DNA from: Hyaloraphidium curvatum SAG 235-1
Lineage: Eukaryota > Fungi > Monoblepharomycota
Assembly: GCA_025558095.1 (NCBI GenBank)
Contig: JAIVFI010000009.1
Coordinates: 558,001 to 622,000 of the forward strand
Direction: 5' to 3'
DNA length: 64,000 nt
Both the position numbers and the translations under genes were made by a program. The notes below the pieces were generated by a model that worked only from the letters and a program-made list of their open reading frames with translations, made no database searches and was not told the origin of the DNA. Shown here in pieces: positions 11,990 through 23,571 of this stretch (positions are counted from its first letter, which is position 1; each line of letters starts with the position of its first letter).

Positions 11990-13087
11990 TCAGAGCCGTC
12001 CCCTGCGCTTCCTCTCTTCCTCGGCAAGATCGTATTCCGTCCCCGGTTCCGCAGCAATCTCGTTCGACTCCCGCTCCATCCATCCCTCATCCTTCCTGAA
12101 CACCATGGGTGCCTCCGCCGGCACCTGTACGCCTCCGTGGTTGCGAAGCATGATGGAGGGCGTGGGGGCAGCAGATGTCTTCGGCGGCACGTCCAAGTGT
12201 CCGAGGAGCTTCTCCGCAAAGTCCGCGTGCGGCGTGGCGATCGAGATGTAGCAGCCCAGGGGGTTTCCGTGCGAGATCGAATGCTGGTCCAGCACAAGAG
12301 AGACTCCGTCCGTGGGGTCGGCATCCGGAAGAACGCAAAGGAAGGTGTGGCGTATGGTGTGGAAGGTGCCGGAAACGCGGATGGCGCCGATCTTGCTGCG
12401 GTCCATGGCTTCGCGAACGAGCGTGCTCGAAACGTTCTCGCGGGAACGCTTGCGGTTCTCGGCCATGACGGCTTCGCTGCTGCCTTCGAACAGGGGGTCA
12501 ACTCGCAGCACGTTCGCGTCCTGTGATGACTGAAGGTGAGAAGGCGGCAGATCACCTCCGTTTTGAGCTCGAACCTTCAGAATGTACGGGATCTCGTCGG
12601 GTGATCCCGCCTCCTTCTTGACCATCACTTCCGTCGACAGCCGCGACCGGGAAGGCAGCGAGACGACCTCCTCGCGAACGAACTCGCAATCGTCCTCTCC
12701 GCTCTGAAGCAGCCCCGGCACCGGCAGCTCCTGGTGCGAGTACCGAAGCGACAGCGCGAGCCCAACCGCTTCAAAGTCCGCGTTCTCCCCGCCGAGCACG
12801 TAGTCCTCGAGCCGGTGGACCGATTCGAGCTTGAAGGTTCCGTAGGCCGCGGGAATGGCCGAGATCAAGTCCTTCTGCGCTTCCTGGTGGCCATCGGAGC
12901 TCCGCACCACGAGGTCCCCGTCAATGGACGAGCGCCGTGCCGGGGCGCTGGCATCGCCGCCGATCTTTGGAAAGGCTTCGGCGCTCGAGCAGGAAAGGGC
13001 CGCCAGGAGCCGGGCGTAACCCTCCGCCGACACCTCGTAGCGCGAAATCGTCCTTCGAGAGGAGGATTGCTGCGTTGGAATACCCAT
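11990..13087 (-). CDS. Divergent CYTH / triphosphate-tunnel (TTM3-like) fold protein, probably non-catalytic
   Basis: Intronless from ATG 13087. Segments HRLEDYVLGGENADFEAVGLALSLRY, VSGTFHTIRHTF and LVLDQHSISHG..CYISIAT follow the CYTH strand order. The fold call is inference. Confidence 0.5.
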   Translation of the reverse strand: MGIPTQQSSSRRTISRYEVSAEGYARLLAALSCSSAEAFPKIGGDASAPARRSSIDGDLVVRSSDGHQEAQKDLISAIPAAYGTFKLESVHRLEDYVLGGENADFEAVGLALSLRYSHQELPVPGLLQSGEDDCEFVREEVVSLPSRSRLSTEVMVKKEAGSPDEIPYILKVRAQNGGDLPPSHLQSSQDANVLRVDPLFEGSSEAVMAENRKRSRENVSSTLVREAMDRSKIGAIRVSGTFHTIRHTFLCVLPDADPTDGVSLVLDQHSISHGNPLGCYISIATPHADFAEKLLGHLDVPPKTSAAPTPSIMLRNHGGVQVPAEAPMVFRKDEGWMERESNEIAAEPGTEYDLAEEERKRRGRL

Positions 13088-13183
13088 GGTGCCGGCAAGC
13101 GCTGCGATGGTCGGGGATTGCGGGACGGGATTTCGGATCGGTGCGTGCTGCCGCCACGGGTGCGCGTCCCCCCTCACCCCTCC

Positions 13184-14334
13184 ATGGACGAGCTTAATCT
13201 CAAATGGGACCGCAACAGCCACCATCATGGCCATTTTCCCCGGGGCCGGGTGGCCTACGATGGCCCCTTCTTTAGCCACGCGTTCGGCCACGACCGACTT
13301 GTCCGCGTGTACCTCCCTCCGTCCTACGAGGACCCGGCAAAGGGCGATAAGAGTTGGTCGCGGCGCGTCTTGCGAATTGGATGAACGCGTTGCGATGAGA
13401 GTTTCGCCGTTTCCCGCCTTCATCTCTCTTCCCTGCTCTTTCCTTCCTTTCTCTCTTCCCCTCCTCCTCCTCGGTCAGGGTACCCGGTTCTTTATGCCCA
13501 CGACGGCCAGAACCTCTTCTCGACGTTGGGACCGGGGGCAGCGTTCGGCTGGGGCCCGTGGGAGATTGATCTTTGGTGGGACTCCGCCGTCTGCTTTTCT
13601 CGTTGTGGCGTCCCAAGGCTCAATGCCCCCACCGACCCAGGATCGACCGCCTCGTCCACCTGCGGCTCATGAGGGAGGTCATCGTCGTCGCCTTCGACTG
13701 CCACCCGAAGGATCGCTACGTGGAGTACCGCGGCCCCGCGTTCCGGGACAAGGTGCACGGTGCCGACGACGTCAAGTACGAAAAGCACAAGAAGTTCGTG
13801 TGCGACGAGCTGCGACCCGCGATCAACGGGTGGTTCCGGACGCTGACCGACCGCGAGAACACGGGCGTCATGGGCAGCAGCATGGGCGGCTTGGCCTCGG
13901 TGGTGCTGGCGTGGGAGAGGCCGGACGTGTTTGGACTGTGCTGCAGCGTCAGCCCGGCGTTCGTGGTGGAGCAGAGGTATTTCATGGATGCAATCCTGGA
14001 GCGGACGACACAGAAGCACCTCAAGGAAGGGGTGCTGAAGGGCCGGGGGCGGTTCCGGATCTACATGGACTCGGGCGTCATATCTTCCCGAGGCGGCGAC
14101 GACGGGTTCGCGGCCACCAAGGACGCGGCAACCGCGCTGGTGAAGCTGGGCTGGCACGAGGGCCAGGATTTCTTGTTCTTTGTGGATTGGCACCCGCTCA
14201 AGCCGCACGATCTTGACTGGGCTGGGATCCCGCCGGACAAGAGGGGGGAGGCGCTCCACTCGCAGCACAACGAGGCCTACTGGCGGCTGCGCATATGGCG
14301 CGGATTGTGCTTCCTGTATCCGCACGATGATTAA
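13184..14334 (+). CDS. Putative esterase (Fes/IroE-like alpha/beta hydrolase)
   Basis: RLVRVYLPPSY..RYPVLYAHDGQNLF, DRYVEY, FVCDELRPAIN, nucleophile GSSMGG, SPAF, RIYMDSG, HNEAYWRLR; introns 13353-13478 and 13576-13640. Confidence 0.88.
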
Positions 14335-14742
14335 ACTCGCTTGACCATGGCGTGGATGATGGATGATGGACATTGCTGTGTTGATCGGCGGCGGGAGGCG
14401 GTAGGCGGACCAGCATCAGGGAGCAGCTCTGCCCCGGCCCACTTCGCTGCACCAGTTGGGCATCCGGGCAACCGGAACTGCTTACCTTGCCTACCGACGC
14501 TCTTCAGGCGGAGGCGGACAGGTTAGTTTCTTCGCTGGGCATCGGTTGTCTGTCGGGCCACCAGATTGTGCCCCACCGGCCCCGGGGGCAGCCATCGCGA
14601 CCCGCGAGGCGGCGGCTTTGAAAGCAGACACGTAGAGTCGCGTCTTCGTGAGGCCGGTTTCGGGCCCCGGCGGGATGCGCGGGGGTGTTGTTTCGGCCGC
14701 CGCCTCCTCCCCGCCGCACCCCAACCATGCCCTGACCCCCGC

Positions 14743-17700
14743 ATGCCTACGCCCCCCAGGCCCCCCCTGACGCGGCCGTCCGCGCGCCGTTCTTCGTCGC
14801 CCGAGCGCGACGCGCTGGCCGGCGAGAACGACCGGCTGCTCGGCGGGTCGGAGCTGCTCGGCGGGTCGGCCAGCCGGCGGTCCGCGTTCCGCTTCAGGTC
14901 TTCGTCGGACGTACGTTCGCCGTCGCCCGCGTCGCCGCGGCCAGAGCGCGACGCAGACGGCCCGTCGCGGCTGCTGAGAGGCGTCGGGGACATTGTCGGC
15001 GGCCTCTTCGCGCGCACCGCGTCGCCCCGCCCAACCCGCCCGGCTCCGGGCCGGCGCATGCAGAGCATCCCCCTGCGCGTGCGCGATTTTCTTGCCAACG
15101 CGTGGGGCTACCAGCAGCTGTCGCCCGACTCGGAGCGCCTCTTTACATACACCCCGGACGAACGCGTCGCCTTCCGCTCCGCAAGGTCCAGGCCAGCCAT
15201 GTCGATCTTCAGGAGCGAGGAGATGAGGTGGGATCCTTCTCTGGCGGGCCGGAAGCGCCATCGGCGCGGCTGGGGGCCCCGCAACGCGTCGGAAGCGTGC
15301 TGACGTGTCTTGCAGCCTCGTGCAGGTCTACATCCCGCTCGAAATAGCTCAGGCAACCTTTGCCGAGCTGGGCGAGTGCGGAATGATCCAGTTCAGGGAT
15401 CTGGATCCGCAGACCACGGATTTCCAGCGGCCTTTCGTCAATGAGATCCGTCGCCTGGAGGAAATCGAGAGGAAGATCCGTGGGTTGCTTCCTGGCGTGA
15501 TCTATTTCCTCCTTGACGACCACTTCCAGGCTTCCTTGAGTCGCAGCTCCAGAAGGACGAAGTTGTTCCGAAGGAGGTCACGGACGCGACTCCGTACGCC
15601 AAAGTCCGGACGGCGAACCTGATCGACGAGCTCGAGGCCCAGCTCTCGGCACACGACCAGAAAGTCACGGAGATGAACACGTACCAGGAGAGCCTGAACA
15701 AGCGGATGCTGGAGCTTGTCGAGCTCAGGCACGTGCTGAAGGAAGCCAACACTTTTTTCGCCGATGTGAGGAGTGCTCCGGTTCCTGCGACTTCACGGTC
15801 CCTGATCGCCGCATTTGCAGACCTCGCTCGCACGCCGCGACACTGTGAGCTCCCTCGATGGGGACAATCCCCTCGTTGCTGCTGAGGAAGGCGGCGGCGA
15901 GCAGTCGGCCGCCGCGTCGCTTGTCAGCCGCCTCGAGTGTGTCGCCGGCGTCATCCCGACCGAGAAGCTCGCCGTGTTCGAGCGCGTCCTGTGGCGCGTG
16001 CTCCGCGGCAACCTCTTCATGAACTCGAGCGAGATCGACGAACTCGTGCGGGACCCCGTGTCGGGCGAGATCACGCGCAAGCACGTCTTCATCATCTTTG
16101 CCCAGGGCAAGCAGCTCCTGGGCAAGATCCGCAAGATCGCCGAGTCGCTCGGGGCCACGCTCTACCCGGTCGAACAGAACCCGTTCAAGCGGCGCCAGGA
16201 TGCAGCCGAGGTCGCGGCGAGGATCAGGGACCTCAACAACGTGCTCTTCAACACCAACACGACCCGCATGGTCGAGCTCCGCGCCGTCGCCGAGAACATC
16301 CTCAGCTGGGACCTGATGGTGAAGAAGGAAAAGGCCATCTACTACGCCATGAACACCTGCTCCTACGACCAAGGGCGCCGCACGCTCCTGGCTGAGGGCT
16401 GGATCCCCGTGTCTTCGGTGCCGGACGTGCAGGCGGCCCTCCGCGCCGCCGCCGCTCAGACGGGCGCGACCGTCGCCCCCATCCTCTCCGAGATCCCGAC
16501 GGGCCGCAAGCCGCCGACCTTCTTCCGCACCAACAAGTTCACCTCGGGCTTCCAGACCATCGTGGACAGCTACGGCGTGGCAAAATACCAGGAGGTCAAC
16601 CCGGGCCTGTTCACCATCACCACCTTCCCGTTCCTGTTCGCCGTCATGTTCGGCGACCTCGGCCACGGGCTCATGCTGACGGGGATCGGCCTCGTGCTCA
16701 CTCTGTTTGAGCGCCAGCTCGAGAAGTACAAGAGCGACGAGGTGGGTTTCTAGTCATCTCGTTCTAGATTTGCCCTGACGCGCGCATGCTCCAGATGTTC
16801 GGCATGGTCTACGGCGGCCGCTACATCATCCTCCTCATGGGCTTCTGGTCCATGTACGTCGGCGTCATCTACAACGACATCTTCTCCCTCGGCCTCGAGA
16901 TCTTTGGCGGCTCGCGGTGGGAGTTCTGGGGCGAGCCCACGCAGCGCGGCTACCAGACGGGCGTCTACCCGTTCGGCGTGGACCCCGCGTGGGTGCACGC
17001 GAGCAACAAGCTGCTGTTCATCAACTCGTACAAGATGAAGCAGGCCATCTTGATCGGTGTCGTGCACGTGGGTTTCTGCGGGGCCGTTGTGCAATAAGGA
17101 TGTCGCTAAAGCCCCTTTTGGCCGCAGATGACGTTCGGCATCTGCCTCCAGCTGTTCAACCACAGGCATTTCAAGCAGCCGCTCAACATCTGGGCCGAGT
17201 TCGTGCCCCAGCTCCTCTTCTTCGAATCCATCTTTGGGTACCTGGGCATCCTCATCGTCTCCAAATGGTGCACGGACTGGTACTCGGCCGGGCGACCGCC
17301 CCCGAACCTCCTCAACACCCTCATCTACATGTTCCTGTCGCCCGGCAAGATCGAGCCCGACTCGCAGATCTATGCGGGCCAGGGCCCGTTCCAGGTCTTC
17401 CTGCTCCTCCTCGCCCTCGTCTGCGTGCCGTGGATGCTGCTCCCCAAGCCGCTCATCCTCAACGCGCAGCACAAGGCGTCGGCAAAGAAGGCACACGTCG
17501 AGGACCCGGACGAGGAGCACGCCGGGTTCAACGACGACACGGAGGCGCTCCTGGCGCGCCGCGCGTCCAACCCGCCGGCTCCGGAATCGGGCGGCCACGA
17601 CGACGAGGAGTTCGAGTTCGGGGAGGTCATGATCCACCAGGTCATCCACACCATCGAGTTCTGCCTCGGGGCCGTGTCCAACACGGCGAGTTACCTGCGC

Positions 17701-18123
17701 CTCTGGGCGCTTTCGCTTGCCCACGCACGTGAGTCATCTCGGGAGGTGGCGTCGTCTTCTCTGACATCCCACGTTCCACAGAATTGTCCGAAGTGCTTTA
17801 CTCGATGACGCTGGTCACCGTGTTTTCGATCGAAAGCCCGGTCCTGCGGACGATTGGTATCTTTGTCGGTCTGATTGTGTGGTTCACCCTCACGGTCGGC
17901 ATCCTGCTTGTGATGGAGGGCTTGTCGGCCTTTTTGCACGCGCTGCGTCTGCACTGGGGTAGGTCGTTTGCTCCCGTTCCAAGGATTCGCCCTTACGTGT
18001 TTCATTCCATCAGTCGAGTTCCAGAACAAGTTCTATGCCGGGAGCGGGAGGATGTTCCTGCCGTTTTCCTTCAGGAAGCTGGAGGAAGGCGATTTGGAGA
18101 ACGTCGTGGTCCCGGACCACTGA
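14743..18123 (+). CDS. VPH1: V-type H+-ATPase V0 subunit a (conserved start MSIFRSEEM at 15199; open in-frame extension from 14743)
   Basis: [68 protein letters not shown] (essential Arg), [23 protein letters not shown]; about 7 introns. Confidence 0.96.
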
Positions 18124-18188
18124 GCGGAAACAGAGGAAGAAAAAATAGAGGGCGTGCCCAGCGCCATTCTTGCATGCCGATCCTCGGT

Positions 18189-19007
18189 TCAAACATCGAC
18201 GTCTATTGCGAGCATTTTTAGGGACTCGAATTGGTCCGCGCCGAGTCCGCTCTCCCCCTGCTTTGGCCGCCGGGCCCGGAAAAGGAAGATTCGCCCGTCG
18301 TCCACCCGCAACGGGCCTCGGTCAAACTCCGCGAACCATTCGTCCTCGACGCCTTCCAACACGAAATGCCTGCCAAACTCCTCGAAGAATGCGGCTTCCG
18401 CTACCGGCTCGCGTTCGCGATACGCCAGCAATAGCTCGACCGACTGATTCAACTCGGCCAGATCGAGACATGTCTGAACAAGCAGAGGGTGCAGTGCCGG
18501 CCAGTAAACCAGATCGGCCATCAAGACGAGGTCGGGAGGCGGATCCTTGATCTTCTCGTCCAACGTCGAACCCCACGCCAATGGTCCAGCTTCGAGCGTC
18601 AGGCCCCCGCGATCGCCTTCAATGGCACGTCGATTCAGTTCGCAGTTGGTTTCAAGAAGCGGGATCGCATTAGGAAGGTCCGTGACCACGATGTGCGCCC
18701 GCGAGCCTTTCCATGCTAGCATCCGATAGAGCGCCAGGCCAACGAGTCCGGAACCAGCTCCCAGCTCAAGGACATTCAACCCGTCCATGCCCCTCCCGCG
18801 CGATAGAATCCAATCCAGGTAATCCACGAGCGCCAGGCCTGCCGGCCAGATGCGGCCGGCGATTTCGGCCTCCAGACCTGGTCGATATGTGTTGGTTACC
18901 CCGCTGGCTCCGACCGTGAAGGCTCCAGCGACGCCGATCCATCGTGATCCAGCAATGTCCTCTTCGAGCTGTACTTCAGTGCCTGTTCTGCGCAGCGAGA
19001 TTCGCAT
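18189..19007 (-). CDS. Protein-lysine methyltransferase, METTL21/Methyltransf_16 family
   Basis: [45 protein letters not shown]. Confidence 0.9.
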   Translation of the reverse strand: MRISLRRTGTEVQLEEDIAGSRWIGVAGAFTVGASGVTNTYRPGLEAEIAGRIWPAGLALVDYLDWILSRGRGMDGLNVLELGAGSGLVGLALYRMLAWKGSRAHIVVTDLPNAIPLLETNCELNRRAIEGDRGGLTLEAGPLAWGSTLDEKIKDPPPDLVLMADLVYWPALHPLLVQTCLDLAELNQSVELLLAYREREPVAEAAFFEEFGRHFVLEGVEDEWFAEFDRGPLRVDDGRIFLFRARRPKQGESGLGADQFESLKMLAIDVDV

Positions 19008-19174
19008 TGTATGTGTGCGTTCGCGTCCTGATCGGACCGATCGCGACGACCTGCTCGCGCGACGCTAATCCTGTTGCGGTCCTTGCCCGTCTCCCGGTCT
19101 TCTTCGGCTCGAGTGCACCGTGCGAAGCTCGTCGGGGTCCGTCTAGCAGATAGAACCGGCCCTGCGCCGTCTCG

Positions 19175-20578
19175 ATGGACACTTCCGGGACTAGTGATGC
19201 CCCCTTGCGAACCCCCATCGAGCACACGGACTTTCTCGGCTTCAGCGAGGGCGAGGCCGCCGCCTTGCGGCTCGCAGAGTATAAACTTTCCAAAACCCTC
19301 GGAAAGGGTGCGTATGGAACGGTGAAGCTCGCCCAGAGCTTGGAGAACGGTAGCTTCTACGCTATCAAGATCGTCGATGCCAAGGTGCTGAAGCGGAAAC
19401 GGAAGGAGAAGATGGTCGAAGCGGAATGCGGTGTGCTGGCCAACATCCGACATCCGAACATCATTTCGCTCCGCGAGTGGTTCCTCCACGAGGAGAGGTA
19501 TTATTTGGTGTTCGAGCTGGCTTCTGGAGGGGAGCTCTGCGAGCGCATCGAATCCTTGGGCTTCCTGAACGAAAGCACAGTGGCCATGTTGATTGCCACC
19601 ATATTCAACGCTCTTGCCTTTCTGGGAGACCACAACATAGTTCATAGGGACATCAAAGTTGATAATCTCTGCTTTTTGGATCCGACACCTGGGGCGCCGT
19701 TGTGTTTGGTTGACTTTGGCATTGCTCGTGTCATTGAGGACACATCCTCGGATAACTTGCTCAATTCTGTGTGCGGATCCTTGGCATACACGGCCCCGGA
19801 GGTCTTGAGGAAGACGGGCTACAGCCTTGGGGTGGATGTTTGGGCCGCAGGATGCGTGGCGTACGTTCTGCTTTCCGGCGGGAAGCATCCCTTTCTCGAT
19901 CCGGCGAGCACTGGAGGCATCGCCGACATGTGCGGCAAGATCGTCCGTGGAGACGTCAGCTTCTCCTCCCCAGCGTTCTCGAAGGTTTCACCGCTGGCGA
20001 AGGAGTTCCTTCTGTGGGTGCTGGATCCTAATCCGGAGACGAGGCCCACGGCGCATGAAGTACTGAATCATCCGTGGATACGGAGCCGTTGCCCGGCCGA
20101 CTTTTTGGACTACCTGATGGAGGTCAATGAGGATGCGGAATGGCAGGGGATTCGTAACCGCGACCGCAAGGCCGCGCTTGAGCGGACCGCTTCGCAGGCC
20201 AGCTTGGCCGATAGCTATCCCCCGGAGATCACCATCACGGCGGATGACACTTTCTCATCACCGCTGAGAAAGCCGGGTGACACACTGAACAGGCGCGGTA
20301 CCTTGGCCAGTTTGGGCAGACGGCCGAGCGTGTTTCGGACTGGAGGCGTCGACATTCTCAACGCGGAAGGCGGCAGACTTTCGGGAACGAATCCCGATCT
20401 GCTGCAAGGTGACGACGACTCGGACGCCGTTGAGGCCGCAAAGGCACGGTCCCGAATGGGGAAACTGAAGCGGCACTGGGCCGACGTGCTCAAAGTAGTG
20501 TCCAGCCTCAAGGTCTGGGAGGGCGTGGTTCGGAAGGGGTCTGGAGACTTGGTGGAGAATGCGATGGATCGCGAGTAG
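19175..20578 (+). CDS. CAMK-group Ser/Thr protein kinase (CaMKI/Cmk-like)
   Basis: LGKGAYGTV, AIK, HRDIKVDN, DFG, CGSLAYTAPE, DVWAAG; C-terminal basic amphipathic MGKLKRHWADVLKVV (CaM-binding-like); intronless. Confidence 0.93.
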   Translation: MDTSGTSDAPLRTPIEHTDFLGFSEGEAAALRLAEYKLSKTLGKGAYGTVKLAQSLENGSFYAIKIVDAKVLKRKRKEKMVEAECGVLANIRHPNIISLREWFLHEERYYLVFELASGGELCERIESLGFLNESTVAMLIATIFNALAFLGDHNIVHRDIKVDNLCFLDPTPGAPLCLVDFGIARVIEDTSSDNLLNSVCGSLAYTAPEVLRKTGYSLGVDVWAAGCVAYVLLSGGKHPFLDPASTGGIADMCGKIVRGDVSFSSPAFSKVSPLAKEFLLWVLDPNPETRPTAHEVLNHPWIRSRCPADFLDYLMEVNEDAEWQGIRNRDRKAALERTASQASLADSYPPEITITADDTFSSPLRKPGDTLNRRGTLASLGRRPSVFRTGGVDILNAEGGRLSGTNPDLLQGDDDSDAVEAAKARSRMGKLKRHWADVLKVVSSLKVWEGVVRKGSGDLVENAMDRE

Positions 20579-20684
20579 TAGTGTCTTCCTTGCTTATGCT
20601 TCGACTATTGTTTCATCACGAGTAAGATTCCCGAGAGGAGTTTTGAGACCGCAACAGTCCCCGAATTTCGGACTCTTGGGAAGC

Positions 20685-21583
20685 ATGTCGTCGTACGAAG
20701 AATCTCGGAGACAGCGCGTCAATGAGAACAGGGCGATACTTGCGCGGCTCGGGATCCCGGCGCGCGTCGCCGCTCCCGCTCCTGTCGCGAAGACCCCTCG
20801 CGCCGTCTCCAAGAAGAGGCGCTACCGCGCGCCCAAACAGCAGGCCGCGGTCGACCCGAAAGTGCGCGTCAGCAGACGCGTGCGCGGAGAGGATCCGGAG
20901 AACTCGCCGTCGTACGACGTGGACCCGGAGCTGGTCGTCCGCCAGGCGCAGCTTGAGCGGCTGGAAGAGGAAGACCGGAACGTTTCGACTGTGCTTGGAG
21001 AAGCAAAGACAGGCGACTTGAATGCCCCGAGCTACGTATCATCACGGGGTCGCCGCCCGGTGGTGGACGGCCCGGCGTTCCTTGAGCTCGCGCGCAGCTC
21101 TTGCGTGCCCCTGACCCTGCTGTCGATCCCGGTCACCGTGTGGGAGCTCGGTCATCTTCCTCCGGCCGAGAAGCTTGGCGATGCGCGGTACTGGAGCGCC
21201 AAGACGCGTTTCCATCACCCCTACCCGATCGGGTACATGGCGACGAAATTTCATTTTGGACGGGAGTGGACCATGACAATTCGCGAGGCGCCGGATCCGG
21301 ACAGCGACGAGCATGGGCCTCTCATCTTCCGAGTGAGTTGCTCGTAAGCCAGTTCGAGTTCCTTCAGCCGACAGTGATTCTGCAGGTGGATGACGTCGCC
21401 AACCGCCTGTCATTCGAGGGCTACTCGGCAACCACACCCTGGACCGCCATATGCATCCACTTTGAGGCGCGCCACGGAAAGACGAGGATATCTGGCCCTC
21501 TGTTCTTTGGCTTCTCGGACCCCTTTCTTCAGGCGATTATTCGGACAATGGATGGCTACGTCCCGTGGGAGAGATTGAAATGA
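20685..21583 (+). CDS. Stand-alone FYRN/FYRC (F/Y-rich) domain nuclear protein
   Basis: VWELGHL..YW..HPYPIGYMATK..MTI..PLIFRV (FYRN) and FEGYSATTPWTAI..ISGPLFFGFSDPFLQ (FYRC); basic NLS-like KKRR; intron 21333-21385. Confidence 0.82.
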
Positions 21584-21612
21584 TGTGCGTCATATTCTTC
21601 ACAATGCAACGA

Positions 21613-23501
21613 TCAGTCGACGGAGATCCTGGAGTCCAAGTCGGCAAAGCCCTCAAAGAACTCTGTGAACAGATCGACCGAGTACGGGACGTCTTCGGCT
21701 CCGGCTTGCTCGCGGATAGAGTGCATCGACAGCTGGGGCGCGCCGACGTCCACGGTCCGCAAGCCCAGCTTGGCGGAAAGCAGAGGTCTTCAATCGACCA
21801 GTCAATACGCAACTTCAAAGCTTCATGATCGCGACCTACCCGATCGTGGAGCCGCAGGGAGAGTCGTTCCTGACCACAAACTCCTGTATCGGGAGTTTGC
21901 GCTTCTTGGCAAGCTCTCTGATCACAGTGGACGTGACTGCGGTCGAAGCATAACGCTGGTTGGCGTTCGTCTTGATGACAAGGCCACCACCCATGACAGG
22001 ACGGTGGTTTTCCTCGTGCTTGTCTCTGCAGGTGAACGAGGGCATCAGACAATGATCTGCCAATCTCAAACCGATAGGAAGCGTACGCGTAGTTCGGGTG
22101 CACCGCATGCTGGCATGAGAACGAAGATTAGAGGTGTACCACGCTTAGGATGAGAGCAAACCTACCGCCATGTCCGCGGAAATCATGAACGATCGATGGA
22201 TCGACTCTTCGAACGCGGTCTAGAGCAAGACAGTGGGTTAGAACGTGACCCGTCGCGATCACGCGCTCTACCAACCGGGTGGACCAGACCGGATGCCGCA
22301 ACGATGCGCCGCAAGGTGGCCTCCATGTAATGTGAATCCGCGCCGTACGCGCTGGTCGACCCGACCTCCTCGTTGTCAAAGAGCGCGACCATCCGGCATT
22401 GCGTGTCGTTGGCCAAGCTCTGGGGATCGGAATTGGAAGCAAGAAGCGCCTGCATCGAGCACCAGCTCATCATCAGGTTGTCGAGCCTCGCGGAGAAGAT
22501 GAACTCGTTGCCGATTCCGCCTAGAGTCGGCGGCTGTGTGTCGTACAGGCAGAGCTCCAAGTCCCGGATCTGTGATACTGCAACCGGACGTCAGCCCCTT
22601 GCCGGCGACTGTTTGCACGGACAAGAACCTTCGCAGCCCATTTCCTTTGCCAGTGCCTGTAGCAGGACCTAAGGCGCGGCAAATGAGCCTCGCTGAAACC
22701 AGGGCCACGGTGGGGACCAACCAGGTGATGGTGGTCGGCAAAGCTCTTCCCCGTGTCGTCCGATTCCTTCACACCGTTGGTCGCCGGCTCCTTTCTCGCG
22801 AGTCCCAACACGGGTGTCAGCTGCAGCTCCGCGTTGAACTTGAACGCCTCGCTGACGGTACGATCCAGGTGGATGGCAAGGTTCGGGATCCGCAGAATGG
22901 GGCCGGAGATGCGCACGAGCCGGTTCTCGAGCTTGTCGTTGGCCTCCACAACCGCACGACCCGCAACAGAGAGATCCCGATCGAACCAAGTGTGGAAAAG
23001 ACCCCCTCCGTACGTCTGAACCCCGAGCTGGAGCCATCCCAGCTTCTCCTTCTTCGAGACGGGCTTCAGCTTGAGGCACGGACTGTCCGTGTGTGCCCCG
23101 ACGATGGAGAAGCCAGCTCTATCCGCGGACCATTTGCCCCCAACGGCAAATGCCACGATGCTGGACTTATTCCTGCGGAAGGCTCTCGCTTAGCAGGCTC
23201 CGGGGACCGAGCATTGTTGACCCACCTCGTGAAGAAGTACTTTCCGGCCGGGCTGATCTGCCACTTTTCCTTCTCCTTCAGTTCCGCGTAACCATGCGCG
23301 AGAAGCTGGAGCCGAAGTTCCTCAACCGCATGGAAGGGAGACGGCGCCTGGAAACGCGGCGGTCAGCAGCATTCTCGAGCACCGCCAGACGCGCATCGCG
23401 TCCCGACGGCCAAAGCAATGCCGCATCGAGATACATGCTTTCTCGAGGAACGTGAGGAGATCCGCCGCTCGGCGGGACGCGGTGGCTTTGGACATGGACA
23501 T
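21613..23501 (-). CDS. APE4: Aspartyl aminopeptidase (M18 family)
   Basis: [84 protein letters not shown]; about 7 introns, the first GC-AG (23348-23438). Confidence 0.94.
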
Positions 23502-23571
23502 TGGAGTCCGCGCGCCGATCGCGTCGGCGTCTCCAAGTCGTCTCAGAGCCGGTTCATCAGACGCCGCCAAA

